Below are positions 9,375-19,898 of a stretch of DNA of 63,777 nucleotides, in pieces (position 1 is the stretch's first letter; the number at the start of each line of letters is the position of its first letter). The stretch covers positions 6,507 through 70,283 of the forward strand of contig CAZEUV010000002.1 of NCBI GenBank assembly GCA_964515285.1, in the 5' to 3' direction. The notes beneath the pieces are model-generated. The model ran no database searches and had not been told where the DNA came from. It worked only from the letters and a program-made list of their open reading frames with translations. This DNA comes from an uncultured Maribacter sp. GTDB taxonomy: Bacteria > Bacteroidota > Bacteroidia > Flavobacteriales > Flavobacteriaceae. Made by a program: the position numbers and the translations under genes.

Positions 9375-10954
9375 TACTACTTGTACACACCGTAAAACAC
9401 CTACGATTTAAGCAGATCTACTATCGTTTGTATTACCTAATCAGAAACCGCTTCTTTAAAAAGGAATACACAAAACCATTAAATAGAGAGTTGGATGCTT
9501 TGATTTGGAAGGATTCTTTTTTATATACCGATAGTTATAAAAAAGAAGGCACCTTTGTCTTTCTCAACCTTTCACATGATTTTGGCAATACGATTAACTG
9601 GAATTATGGAAAATACGGCAAATTATGGACGTATAATCTCAACTATTTCGATTTTCTGAACCAAGAGCATATCGACCTTAAGGAGGGTTTGACCCTTATT
9701 TTGGATTATATAGAGAAAGATGCCGTTTTAAAAGATGGCAAAGAACCGTACCCCATTTCTTTACGGGGCATCAATTGGGTAAAATTCCTTTCAAAGAATG
9801 CCATATCAAACCCCCAAATAAACGAGGTTTTATATGGTCATTACAAAACCTTGTATAATAATGTGGAATACCATTTAATGGGAAACCACGTATTAGAGAA
9901 TGGGTTTTCCTTGTTTTTTGGAGCTTATTACCTCAAAGATGAACGTTTATACACCAAGGCAAGGCATATTTTAAAGAACGAACTGACCGAACAGATTCTA
10001 AACGACGGCGCCCACTTTGAACGCTCTCCCATGTACCATCAAATCATGCTGCACCGTTTGCTTGATTGTATTAACCTAGTACAGTTAAACCCTTGGAAAG
10101 ATGAGGCACTTCCTTTTTTAAAGGAAAAGGCTTTAAAAATGCTGTCTTGGTTGCAGGAGGTTACTTTTTCCAACGGCACTATTCCCATGGTCAATGATAG
10201 CGCTTATGGCATCGCCCTAAATTCACGGCAATTATTTGATTATGCCAAAACTATAGGCTTGCAATGGCCAAAAGGTCAACTTTCAGATTGTGGTTATCGA
10301 ATGTACTTGCAAGACAGCTACGAACTTTTTGTAGATGCGGGCAAGGTAGGCGCAGACTATCAACCGGGCCATGCACACTCAGATACTTTTAGTTTTGAAT
10401 TATATGTAGGGGGAAATCCGGTTGTAGTCGATACGGGCACTTCAACCTATGAAAAGAACGCCCTGCGACAACAAGAACGGGAAACAGCGGCACATAACAC
10501 GGTTAAAATCGGCAATCACGAACAAACACAGGTCTGGGGTGGATTCAGGGTCGCCAAACGTGCGAAAATCACACATTTAGAAGAGTCTGAAAACCAAATC
10601 AAAGCTACGCATGACGGATATAAAAAGCTTGGTGTTCGGCATACACGAAAGTTTTTGACTCATGCTTCCGGTATTGAGATAAGTGATTCTTTAAACAATG
10701 AGGTCAATGAAAAACCAATTGCTTTTTTTCATTTCCATCCAAATATAAAAAACATTGAAGTAGGGCAAAGCCAAGTAAAACTTTACGATTTGGGAATAAA
10801 CATCATTTTTGGGGAAGGTGTTTCAAAAATCGATTTGCGGCATTACCAATATGCCATGGGTTTTAATAAGACCGAAAAAGCCCAAAAAATTGCGGTATCT
10901 TTTCAAAAATCACTGCGCACCCAAATTGTGCTGCCCAATTCGCGCAACAACTAA
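9356..10954 (+). CDS. Heparinase II/III-like protein of polysaccharide loci
   Basis: GNHVLEN, DGAHFERSPMYH, GHAHSDTFSFEL, VDTGTSTY, AHNTV motifs. Confidence 0.85.
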   Translation: MDSSKLILLVHTVKHLRFKQIYYRLYYLIRNRFFKKEYTKPLNRELDALIWKDSFLYTDSYKKEGTFVFLNLSHDFGNTINWNYGKYGKLWTYNLNYFDFLNQEHIDLKEGLTLILDYIEKDAVLKDGKEPYPISLRGINWVKFLSKNAISNPQINEVLYGHYKTLYNNVEYHLMGNHVLENGFSLFFGAYYLKDERLYTKARHILKNELTEQILNDGAHFERSPMYHQIMLHRLLDCINLVQLNPWKDEALPFLKEKALKMLSWLQEVTFSNGTIPMVNDSAYGIALNSRQLFDYAKTIGLQWPKGQLSDCGYRMYLQDSYELFVDAGKVGADYQPGHAHSDTFSFELYVGGNPVVVDTGTSTYEKNALRQQERETAAHNTVKIGNHEQTQVWGGFRVAKRAKITHLEESENQIKATHDGYKKLGVRHTRKFLTHASGIEISDSLNNEVNEKPIAFFHFHPNIKNIEVGQSQVKLYDLGINIIFGEGVSKIDLRHYQYAMGFNKTEKAQKIAVSFQKSLRTQIVLPNSRNN

Positions 10955-10964
10955 AGTCCGACGG

Positions 10965-12161
10965 ATGAAACTTCTTTTCTTGACCGATAATTTTCCGCCC
11001 GAGTTCAATGCCCCGGCCACAAGAACCTATGAACATTGCAAAGAATGGGTGAAAGAAGGTGTTGAGGTGACGGTGATTACTTGTGCGCCCAATTTTCCTG
11101 ATGGCAAGGTTTTTAAGGGCTATAAAAACAAACTGTACCAGACCGAAATGGTCGATGGCATCAAAGTCGTTCGGGTATGGACGTTTATTTCGGCCAATAA
11201 GGGGTTTTTAAAACGAATCATCGATTTTTTGAGCTTTATGGTCATGTCTTTTTGGGTCGGCCTTTTTATAAAGACCGATTTGATCATAGCGACTTCTCCC
11301 CAGTTTTTTACGGCCGTTTCAGGCCGATGGCTTGCCTTTTGGAAGAGAAAGCGATGGGTAATGGAGGTTCGTGATCTCTGGCCTGAATCGGTGAAGGCAG
11401 TTGGAGCGATGGGCTCAAACCCTATTATCCGCTTTTTTGAGTACTTAGAGCTGAGAATGTACAAAAGCGCATGGAAGATTATTACCGTAACCGATTCTTT
11501 CAAAGACCTGTTGGTACATGATCGCGGTATTAATGCAAATAAAATAGAAGTCGTGAAAAACGGAATCAATACCGATTTGTTCGTTCCTATGCCGAAAAAC
11601 CAAGAACTACTACGGAAACTACAACTTGAGAACAAGTTTATTATTGGTTATATCGGCACCCACGGCATGGCACATAAACTAGATTTTATCTTGGATTGCG
11701 CCAAACAGATCGAAAACAAGAACATTCATTTTCTTTTCTTGGGGACGGGCGCGGAAAAGGAAAACCTCTTAAAACAAAAGGAAAATCTTGGGTTGAAAAA
11801 TGTAACCCTGCTACCACCCGTTGAAAAAAAACAGGTAAAAGAATATATTTCCATCTTGGATGTTGGCTTGGTCAACCTTAAAAAATCAGATACGTTCAAA
11901 TCGGTGCTTCCTTCAAAGATTTTTGAACTGGCTGGTATGCATAAGCCCATTTTGTTGGGCGTTGAAGGGGAAGCCAAGAAATTGGTCGAGCATTATGGTA
12001 TTGGCTTGGCCTTTGAACCCGAAAACCAATCAGACTTTCTTGAAAAAATAGAGGCACTTCAAAATGGCAACAAAACCACTGACATTGACTATAGGTCTAT
12101 TCTCAATGATTTTGATAGAAAAGCATTGGCCTTGAAAATGATTGGGTTTTTACAAAATTAA
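10965..12161 (+). CDS. Glycosyltransferase family 4 (WbuB-like)
   Basis: FPPE, EVRDLWPES, GYIGTHG, PSKIFE motifs; start reassigned to MKLLFLTD. Confidence 0.9.
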   Translation: MKLLFLTDNFPPEFNAPATRTYEHCKEWVKEGVEVTVITCAPNFPDGKVFKGYKNKLYQTEMVDGIKVVRVWTFISANKGFLKRIIDFLSFMVMSFWVGLFIKTDLIIATSPQFFTAVSGRWLAFWKRKRWVMEVRDLWPESVKAVGAMGSNPIIRFFEYLELRMYKSAWKIITVTDSFKDLLVHDRGINANKIEVVKNGINTDLFVPMPKNQELLRKLQLENKFIIGYIGTHGMAHKLDFILDCAKQIENKNIHFLFLGTGAEKENLLKQKENLGLKNVTLLPPVEKKQVKEYISILDVGLVNLKKSDTFKSVLPSKIFELAGMHKPILLGVEGEAKKLVEHYGIGLAFEPENQSDFLEKIEALQNGNKTTDIDYRSILNDFDRKALALKMIGFLQN

Positions 12162-12335
12162 CATTCCTTTCCCTTTTAAATCTTGAAGTCTGATCCCGTG
12201 TTAAGTCTAACATACTTGAGACTTTCAATAACCAGCGCTATTTTTTGACATAAAGCACAACTTTTTATAATCTATGGGCGTTTATCTTTAACATGGTTAC
12301 TACTTGCGCATGTGATTTGAATTTTGATTTTTGAA

Positions 12336-13670
12336 ATGAAAAAAATAATACTTTTAAGTCTTGTATTGCTTGCCATGGCTATAGAATCATGTGGTAAGGA
12401 TGATGAAACATGTTGTAGTAAGACATCAAAAGCTTATAGTATTGGTGAATTTGTGTCAGTCGCTCCAGTTTCACAAAGTAGTCGGTTTGTATTTCCGTCG
12501 TCGCATCGATTTCAAAAAATCATTGAAACGGGCGAAGCACTAACCAATGGTGGAATCATGCCAATTAGAAATGATTTTGCTGGATATGTACCGATTAATG
12601 AAAGCAGTTTCAACGGGTATTTAAGCATAAGTTCTGAAACCATACCTGGCGGAGTTACAATTTTGGATATTAACTTAAATAAGACAACGAAATTATGGGA
12701 AACGACTTCTTCGACAAGTGTAGATTTTTCAAGTGTTGCAGGAACGGCCAAAAATTGCTCTGGAACAGTTACGCCATGGGGTACTATATTGACGTCTGAA
12801 GAAGAAATTGACAAAAAGGATTCTAATTCTGACGGTTATTATGATTTGGGATGGACGGTTGAAATAGACCCAGTACTTAAAAAAGTAATAGATAAAAGGT
12901 GGGCTTTAGGCAATTTTAAACATGAAAATGCCACTATACACCCTAATGAGCGCACCCTATATCAAGGTGCCGATTCTAAGCCGGGCTATCTATATAAATT
13001 TGTTGCAGACCATACTAGAGACCTAAGCTTCGGAAAATTATATGTTTACGTAGGGCCCAAGGAAGGAAATGGAAACTGGGTGCAAATTAATAATACAAGT
13101 CCACAAGAAAGAAACACCACCCTTTTACAGAGCCGTGAAGCTGGGGCGACGGTTTTTAATGGAATAGAAGATGTTGAAATTGGCCCTGACGGAAAGGTGT
13201 ATTTTGCCGTAAAGGGAGAAGGGTTGATTTATCGGTTTAGAGATGATGATCCCATTAATGCTGCAAATGTGGCCATGGAAGTTTTCGTTGGCGATATGAG
13301 TTATTTCATTTCGCATGAGGATGGAGAAACTGAAGTTGCTTGGGGCTTGGGAAATGACAATTTGGCTTTTGATGGCGATGGAAATCTATGGGTATTGCAA
13401 GATGGGGGCGACAACTATATTTGGGTAGTTGAAAAAGGCCATACACAAGAATCCCCCAAAATTAAGCTTTTTGGCATAGCTCCAATTGGTTCAGAACCCA
13501 CTGGAATTACGTTCACACCTAACTATGATTATCTTTTTCTTTCGATACAACACCCTAGTGCTGCTAATGAGAGCTCGATACAAGTTGATGCAGCTGGAAG
13601 TAAGATTGAATTTAACAATCATATTACAATAGTAATTGGTTTGGCTGAAAACCTCAGAAAAACATTGTAA
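12336..13670 (+). CDS. phoX: PhoX-family (DUF839) alkaline phosphatase, lipoprotein
   Basis: NCSGTVTPWGTILTSEE, FKHEN, DNLAFD, EPTGITF, SIQHP motifs; lipobox-like IESC. Confidence 0.8.
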   Translation: MKKIILLSLVLLAMAIESCGKDDETCCSKTSKAYSIGEFVSVAPVSQSSRFVFPSSHRFQKIIETGEALTNGGIMPIRNDFAGYVPINESSFNGYLSISSETIPGGVTILDINLNKTTKLWETTSSTSVDFSSVAGTAKNCSGTVTPWGTILTSEEEIDKKDSNSDGYYDLGWTVEIDPVLKKVIDKRWALGNFKHENATIHPNERTLYQGADSKPGYLYKFVADHTRDLSFGKLYVYVGPKEGNGNWVQINNTSPQERNTTLLQSREAGATVFNGIEDVEIGPDGKVYFAVKGEGLIYRFRDDDPINAANVAMEVFVGDMSYFISHEDGETEVAWGLGNDNLAFDGDGNLWVLQDGGDNYIWVVEKGHTQESPKIKLFGIAPIGSEPTGITFTPNYDYLFLSIQHPSAANESSIQVDAAGSKIEFNNHITIVIGLAENLRKTL

Positions 13671-13841
13671 CTTTATATTTCATAAATAATATTAGAATCA
13701 TTGACACTGGTCGGCCAGGCCAGATCAATTTATCTAACGGTTGATTCAACAGGTAAATATCATAGTAGGGACCGGTTTTTTAGATTGACTGTAGTCATGT
13801 TGTATAAACTTTACCTACTTTTAGAGTTTTAACACGCTATC

Positions 13842-15056
13842 GTGAATTTTCTCGAAACAGCCATCTCTATTTTTATCGGGTCTTTTCTACTGACCTATTT
13901 GACCATACCCAAAATAATCAAAGTGGTCGAGCACAAACGCTTGATGGACGACCCCGATCAGCGAAGTTCACATAAGAGCAAAACCCCTACCCTTGGGGGA
14001 GTTTCTTTTTTCTACACCTTGATATTCGCACTTTTCTTTATAAAAAGCTGGCCTAGTTTTGATGAGGCCATTTATATAATTCCGGGTCTTACTATTTTGT
14101 TCATTGTGGGGCTAAAAGACGATTTGGTAGTGATTTCACCAGGAGCGAAATTACTGGCACAGTTGTTCGCGATCGCATTTATTTTAGCCAACCCCGGTTT
14201 TACCATTCATTCGCTGAACGGATTTTTGAACATCAATGAAATACCCTACTACCTCTACCTGATCATTGCAGGTTTCATGATGCTCACCATCATCAATTCT
14301 TACAACTTGATCGATGGTATTGATGGCTTGGCCTCGGTAGTTGGCATTGTAATTATGGTGATATATACAACTATCTTTTATCTGAGCGGAGCGTACTTTT
14401 TTGCCCTTCTGAGCATTACGGTAAACGCTAGTTTAATGGCTTTTTTAGGCTTTAACCTTTCTTCTGATAAAAAGATTTTTATGGGTGACACAGGTTCTTT
14501 GATCACAGGCTTTATTATCAGTATTTTGACGATAAAGTTTTTGGCCTTAAAACCGCAGGTGTATTCTGAGCTGCCATTTTTATTGGAAAACGCCCCTTTG
14601 ATTGCGATTAGCATCCTAATTGTGCCTTTATTTGATACCGCTCGGGTCTTTGCCATTCGTATTGCTAATAAAAAAGCCCCTTTTTCGCCAGATCGTAACC
14701 ATACACACCATGTACTTATCGATTACTGGGGGCTGAGCCACAGACAGGCCAGCTTTCTTATAGGGTGTTTCAATTTGCTCTTCGTGATGCTCTTCATCGT
14801 TTTAGGCAGTACGGCGAAGAACTTGGGCATGGTGGTTATGCTAGTGTCGGTAGTTATATTCTTGGCCTATATTTTTTTCAGGTACAATTATAATTTCACT
14901 ACCCTTAAGCAAAAGATCATGCTAAAAAGGCAGGTAGATAAAATCAAAGGAAGGAGTAGTGGCAACGGAAAGAAAAACGCTCTTGAAAAGAACAATTTAG
15001 AAAACACCTTGAATGGTGAAACCCCCTCTCGTTCACCAGAAGATAAGACGCATTAG
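13842..15056 (+). CDS. WecA/MraY-family undecaprenyl-phosphate GlcNAc-1-phosphate transferase
   Basis: RSSH..TPTLGG, GLKDD, NLIDGIDGL, IFMGDTGS, DRNHTHH; many TM helices. Confidence 0.9.
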   Translation: MNFLETAISIFIGSFLLTYLTIPKIIKVVEHKRLMDDPDQRSSHKSKTPTLGGVSFFYTLIFALFFIKSWPSFDEAIYIIPGLTILFIVGLKDDLVVISPGAKLLAQLFAIAFILANPGFTIHSLNGFLNINEIPYYLYLIIAGFMMLTIINSYNLIDGIDGLASVVGIVIMVIYTTIFYLSGAYFFALLSITVNASLMAFLGFNLSSDKKIFMGDTGSLITGFIISILTIKFLALKPQVYSELPFLLENAPLIAISILIVPLFDTARVFAIRIANKKAPFSPDRNHTHHVLIDYWGLSHRQASFLIGCFNLLFVMLFIVLGSTAKNLGMVVMLVSVVIFLAYIFFRYNYNFTTLKQKIMLKRQVDKIKGRSSGNGKKNALEKNNLENTLNGETPSRSPEDKTH

Positions 15057-15190
15057 GTCAAAGTAAGCTGTTTGCGCTATTTTTATTGCTGTTAGACTAA
15101 AATAATTGGCAAGTCTTTTTTTCGCGACTACTTTTATCCGTTCAATTTTTAAGGTTTTCTTGCGTTAGCTAATCAAACAACAAAATTTTC

Positions 15191-16177
15191 ATGAAGCGAA
15201 TATTAATTACAGGAGCAGCTGGTTTTTTGGGATCTCATTTGTGCGATCGTTTTATAAAGGAAGGATTTCACGTGATTGCGATGGATAATCTTATAACGGG
15301 AGACCTGAAGAATATTGAACATTTGTTCAAATTAGAGAATTTTGAATACTACCACCATGATGTGACAAAGTTTGTGCACGTACCAGGAAAGTTGGATTAT
15401 ATCTTGCACTTCGCGTCACCCGCTAGCCCGATAGATTATCTTAAAATTCCTATTCAAACGTTGAAAGTAGGGGCTTTGGGCACCCATAACCTATTAGGTT
15501 TGGCCAAAGAAAAAGGAGCGCGTATTCTTATTGCGTCTACTTCCGAAATTTACGGAGACCCTTTAGTGCATCCACAGACCGAAGAGTATTACGGCAATGT
15601 GAACACTATAGGCCCTAGGGGCGTCTACGACGAAGCCAAACGCTTTCAAGAGTCCATTACCATGGCCTACCATCGTTTTCACGGTGTAGAGACGCGCATA
15701 GTGCGAATTTTTAATACCTATGGCCCGAGAATGAGACTGAATGACGGCAGGGTGATACCGGCATTTATGGGGCAAGCCTTGCGAGGTGAGGATCTGACCG
15801 TTTTCGGCGATGGTTCGCAAACACGTTCTTTTTGCTATGTTGATGATGAGGTTGAGGGAATCTACCGATTATTGATGAGCGATTACAGTATGCCCGTTAA
15901 TATTGGAAACCCACATGAAATCACCATTAGTGATTTTGCGGAGGAAATCATTAGACTAACCGGAACCGATCAAAAAGTGATTTACAAAGATTTGCCGCAA
16001 GATGATCCTATGCAACGTCAGCCCGACATCTCTAAAGCCAAGGAAATATTGGGATGGGAGCCAAAAGTAGGCCGTGAGGAAGGCATGAAAAAAACATTTG
16101 ATTTCTTCAAAACCTTGTCGACCGAAGAACTTGAAAGAACCGAACACCGCGATTTTAAGGAAAGGAATAAGAAGTAA
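15191..16177 (+). CDS. UDP-glucuronic acid decarboxylase (UDP-xylose synthase)
   Basis: [40 protein letters not shown]. Confidence 0.92.
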   Translation: MKRILITGAAGFLGSHLCDRFIKEGFHVIAMDNLITGDLKNIEHLFKLENFEYYHHDVTKFVHVPGKLDYILHFASPASPIDYLKIPIQTLKVGALGTHNLLGLAKEKGARILIASTSEIYGDPLVHPQTEEYYGNVNTIGPRGVYDEAKRFQESITMAYHRFHGVETRIVRIFNTYGPRMRLNDGRVIPAFMGQALRGEDLTVFGDGSQTRSFCYVDDEVEGIYRLLMSDYSMPVNIGNPHEITISDFAEEIIRLTGTDQKVIYKDLPQDDPMQRQPDISKAKEILGWEPKVGREEGMKKTFDFFKTLSTEELERTEHRDFKERNKK

Positions 16178-16214
16178 GGATAATAATTGAACTATTTTTT
16201 AAAGGGATCCTTTT

Positions 16215-16721
16215 TTAGGGTTCTTTTTTGTTTTTGAGGTCTAAAGTGAGTGTTTTTTCTAACCCAATAGTATTATCCACCAAGCGAATAACCTTAATTT
16301 CGGTTTTTTCTATCCAATTAAGTGAACCAAATTCGGCATATTCTTCGGGATGGGTTTCGCTAAATTCTTTTAACCACGTTTTTACAGTAGTTATAAGTAT
16401 AACTTCCTTTTTTTCGTCATAGACCCAAGTGTGTTTATCAACATATCCTCTTTGAGTGCCGCAATAACCGCACCCTTGGGTTCTGCTAGAAGCAAATTCA
16501 CACTTTTCAAAGGCCATAAGGGAAATGGCAATCCAATTTTTGTGTGAAATCGGGTCTGATTCTGCACGGAGTGTATAAACCAATTTTTCAGGGAATTGTC
16601 CATTTTCGTCTAATTCCAATACCCATCGGCCATATAAATCAAATTCCGTAATTGATTTATCCTGTCCATAATTTGAAATTCCGACAATTGAGAGAAGGCA
16701 AAATGTAATTATTCTTTTCAT
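16215..16721 (-). CDS. Hypothetical secreted protein
   Basis: Signal-peptide-like N-terminus; 168 aa; no recognised family. Confidence 0.6.
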   Translation of the reverse strand: MKRIITFCLLSIVGISNYGQDKSITEFDLYGRWVLELDENGQFPEKLVYTLRAESDPISHKNWIAISLMAFEKCEFASSRTQGCGYCGTQRGYVDKHTWVYDEKKEVILITTVKTWLKEFSETHPEEYAEFGSLNWIEKTEIKVIRLVDNTIGLEKTLTLDLKNKKEP

Positions 16722-17187
16722 AGTACTGAATTATCAAAAACCGCTCCAAAATTACTTGCAACATCGATAAAAAACTTCTCTTTGTTCCTCCTTTTTGTTG
16801 ATAAGCTGTGTTTAGGTAATATTGGCTTTATTTCACGCATAATCGTACCTTAATTAAATGAACATAATCGTATACGATTATTATAAAACGCTATAAGCAG
16901 GCGACAAGACAGATGATTTTAGTTTGAAATTATGCAAAAACACTATTTTTTCACTATTTGAAAATCTTGTTGACGATTTATTGTTATTTTGGCTTTTTGG
17001 GCCAAAAAGAGGAATATCCATTATAGAAAAAACATGTTTTTGAATGAATTTTCGCAGTGTCAATTTCACTTTACATTTTGAATCATTTTAACTGTAGTTC
17101 TGGACTAATCTAGTAGCACGGTTCTTTTTCTTTGCGATCTATATATGGTTTTATCGGTTTGTATAGTGCTTTTGCTCTGAACATTTC

Positions 17188-17195
17188 TATTTTTG
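17188..17195 (+). promoter_or_regulatory. -7 promoter element of purD
   Basis: TATTTTTG 16 nt before ATG. Confidence 0.6.
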
Positions 17196-17211
17196 CCTTA
17201 AAGCAATAAAA

Positions 17212-18483
17212 ATGAACATTCTTATTTTAGGTTCTGGTGGGCGTGAGCATACTTTGGCATGGAAACTACACCAAAGCACCAAGCTTGAGAAGCTTTTTGT
17301 CGCACCAGGAAATGCGGGTACGGCTGAAATAGCTAAAAACATACCAATTGGTGTGAATGATTTTCAAGCCATTGGTGAATTAGTTCTTTCCGAGAGTATT
17401 GATATGGTCATTGTAGGCCCTGAAGACCCCTTGGTGAATGGGATACATGATTTTTTCTTAGAAGATTCCCATTTAAGGCATGTTTCTGTAATCGGTCCCC
17501 AAAGGGCGGCGGCTGAATTAGAGGGCAGTAAAGAATTCGCCAAGCGATTTATGGTACGACATTGTATTCCCACAGCGGCATATCAAAGTTTTACCGCTGA
17601 TAACCTACAAGAGGGCTTTGCTTTTTTAGAAACCTTGAGTCCCCCGTATGTACTGAAAGCAGACGGTTTGGCGGCTGGTAAGGGCGTATTGATCCTTGAA
17701 GATTTAGATGAGGCAAAGAACGAATTGAGCTTCATGCTCCTCGATGCCAAATTTGGTAGCGCAAGTAAAACAGTGGTTATCGAAGAATTTTTGGCTGGGA
17801 TAGAATTAAGCGTTTTTGTGCTCACTGACGGAAACGGGTACAAGGTGCTACCAACGGCAAAAGACTATAAACGTATTGGCGAGGGCGATACCGGACTCAA
17901 TACAGGTGGTATGGGTGCCATTTCACCTGTTCCTTTCGCAGATAAAGAGTTTATGGACAAGATACACCAGAAAGTGGTAATACCTACCGTAGAGGGCCTC
18001 AAAAAGGACGGGTTGCCCTACAAAGGCTTTATTTTTATCGGATTGATAAAAGTGGGCGACGATCCCAAAGTAATCGAGTACAATGTTCGTTTGGGGGATC
18101 CCGAAACCGAAGTGGTGATTCCAAGAATCAAAAACGATTTGGTAGAAGTCTTTCAAGCAGTTGCAGATCAAACGCTGGATACGTTGGATTTAAAATTGGA
18201 TGATCGTACCGCCACTACCGTAATGTTGGTTTCAGGAGGATATCCAGAGGCATATGAAAAAGGAAAAGAAATCACGGGAATCGAAAATGTCATGGACTCA
18301 TTGGTTTTTCACGCAGGCACCAGACTTGAAGAGGGCAGGGTACTCGTCAATGGTGGAAGGGTAATGGCAGTAACATCATTTGGAAAAAATCACAAAGAAG
18401 CTTTAAAAAAATCGTATTTGAATATTGAAAAGATTCGTTTTGATCAAATGAACTATCGTACAGATATAGGCTTTGACCTATAA
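17212..18483 (+). CDS. purD: Phosphoribosylamine--glycine ligase
   Basis: GSGGREH, APGNAG, GPEDPL, KADGLAAGKGV, NTGGMGA, EYNVRLGDPE. Confidence 0.98.
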   Translation: MNILILGSGGREHTLAWKLHQSTKLEKLFVAPGNAGTAEIAKNIPIGVNDFQAIGELVLSESIDMVIVGPEDPLVNGIHDFFLEDSHLRHVSVIGPQRAAAELEGSKEFAKRFMVRHCIPTAAYQSFTADNLQEGFAFLETLSPPYVLKADGLAAGKGVLILEDLDEAKNELSFMLLDAKFGSASKTVVIEEFLAGIELSVFVLTDGNGYKVLPTAKDYKRIGEGDTGLNTGGMGAISPVPFADKEFMDKIHQKVVIPTVEGLKKDGLPYKGFIFIGLIKVGDDPKVIEYNVRLGDPETEVVIPRIKNDLVEVFQAVADQTLDTLDLKLDDRTATTVMLVSGGYPEAYEKGKEITGIENVMDSLVFHAGTRLEEGRVLVNGGRVMAVTSFGKNHKEALKKSYLNIEKIRFDQMNYRTDIGFDL

Positions 18484-18614
18484 CGAACATGGGGCTCAAC
18501 AATCAATCGGCAAAGAAAAATACTTTCAATCAAGTGAGTTGTTGAGTTCAGAACTGGAAATCTAGTGCAACCATAATTGGAAACTGAACCCAGTCGAAGT
18601 TAGCGTAGTCGAAG

Positions 18615-18836
18615 TTATAGATAGGTATGCGAAGTAATACTTTTATCTTCCTCGCCAGAGGCGGCGTGCCCTTTTAATTGTAGCATCCAATAGATAAAAG
18701 CGGTAAAACCGATAATAGCTAAAATCCAGCTAACGGTATTTGCTACCCACCAATTTGAAGTAAATCGAAAAAAGTCATAGGGTGCAAAAAGCACATTCAC
18801 AAATAAATCTTGGATAGCTTCAAAAAATGCTTTCAT
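18615..18836 (-). CDS. Small conserved Flavobacteriaceae membrane protein (DUF6341-like)
   Basis: FFEAIQDLF..WW.AN..SW..YWM.QL pattern; own TACTTTTG promoter at 18857-18864 on the minus strand. Confidence 0.75.
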   Translation of the reverse strand: MKAFFEAIQDLFVNVLFAPYDFFRFTSNWWVANTVSWILAIIGFTAFIYWMLQLKGHAASGEEDKSITSHTYL

Positions 18837-18929
18837 GATATAGTATATTTACGGTGCAAAAGTATAAAAAATAAGTATACCTGCCCAAGGGTAGAAATAC
18901 AATTGATAAATATTAAGTCGGTTTCTTAG

Positions 18930-19868
18930 ATGATTTCAAGCATTTTCGGAAAAACAAAGCCAATAAACTTCATCATCGTACTCACGTTCTTGTTCGTTTT
19001 GTACTGGTTTGTTCATTATTTCATGCTCGACAATGCCTATTCAATGAATGAACTGTTGGCGCAAACGTTGATTTTAAGTGTTTTGTTGTTTAGTGTTTTC
19101 ATTGTAGATTTTATCGTCAAAAGAAACAAAGTAACGGAAACCAATGCGTTTGCCATTTTGTTTTATGCTGTATTGGTCATGGTGTTTCCTAAAACCCTGA
19201 TTGATTCTGATGCTATTTTTTGTAGTCTTTTTCTTTTATTGGCCACAAGAAGGTTGATAAGCCTGCGTTCTTTAAAAGATATCAAACTAAAGATATTCGA
19301 TGCTACGTTATGGGTATTGGTCTCTAGTTTATTCTATGAATGGGCCTTACTGTACCTGATTTTGGTGTCTGTGGCCATTTATATTTACGAGCCTAAAAAT
19401 ATTAGAAACTGGTTGGTGCCCTTCGCCGCCTTTTTCACGGTTTTTATGATATCGTACTGTGTTTTGATTTTGGCAAATAATACGAGTTACCTAATTGAAC
19501 ACTATATCTTTTCTTATGACTTCAATACAAGCGTTTTCTTTAATTGGGGCAACAGCATAAAGCTCACTGTCTATATTTTGATAATCGTATTAGCTGCTAT
19601 CTTTATATTTTTCAATTCGGGAAAGGCAGGAATGGGCAAGATCGTCACTATACGGCTGATTGCCCTTTCCTTTGTAATTGGCTTGGTAATGAACTCCTTT
19701 ATGGCATCTTCGGATACGTATCCTATTATGATCACTTTTTTTCCGGCAGCTGTCTTTATGACCAATTTCGTGGAGTCGATCAGAAAACCAAAGGTTAAGG
19801 AAATTGTTCTTATAACCACTATTGTAGTTCCCTTTATCATCTTTTTATTAGGTATTGGCATAAAATAA
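18930..19868 (+). CDS. Multi-TM membrane protein (DUF6427-like)
   Basis: Hydrophobic throughout; MISSIFGKTKPINF and RRLISL..KIFDA patterns. Confidence 0.7.
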   Translation: MISSIFGKTKPINFIIVLTFLFVLYWFVHYFMLDNAYSMNELLAQTLILSVLLFSVFIVDFIVKRNKVTETNAFAILFYAVLVMVFPKTLIDSDAIFCSLFLLLATRRLISLRSLKDIKLKIFDATLWVLVSSLFYEWALLYLILVSVAIYIYEPKNIRNWLVPFAAFFTVFMISYCVLILANNTSYLIEHYIFSYDFNTSVFFNWGNSIKLTVYILIIVLAAIFIFFNSGKAGMGKIVTIRLIALSFVIGLVMNSFMASSDTYPIMITFFPAAVFMTNFVESIRKPKVKEIVLITTIVVPFIIFLLGIGIK

Positions 19869-19898
19869 TTAGGTAACTTTGCCAAAAATATTTTAGGT

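Noticed and set aside
12256-12283. ACAACT-N16-CGTTT ECF-like promoter before phoX
   Set aside because: Weak match and different spacing from the two exact copies; may be chance in AT-rich DNA
16881-17069. 62-aa minus-strand ORF in the intergenic region before purD
   Set aside because: No recognisable motif; composition looks non-coding
18615-18836. Calling this ORF uracil phosphoribosyltransferase
   Set aside because: 73-aa membrane peptide with no PRPP-binding motif
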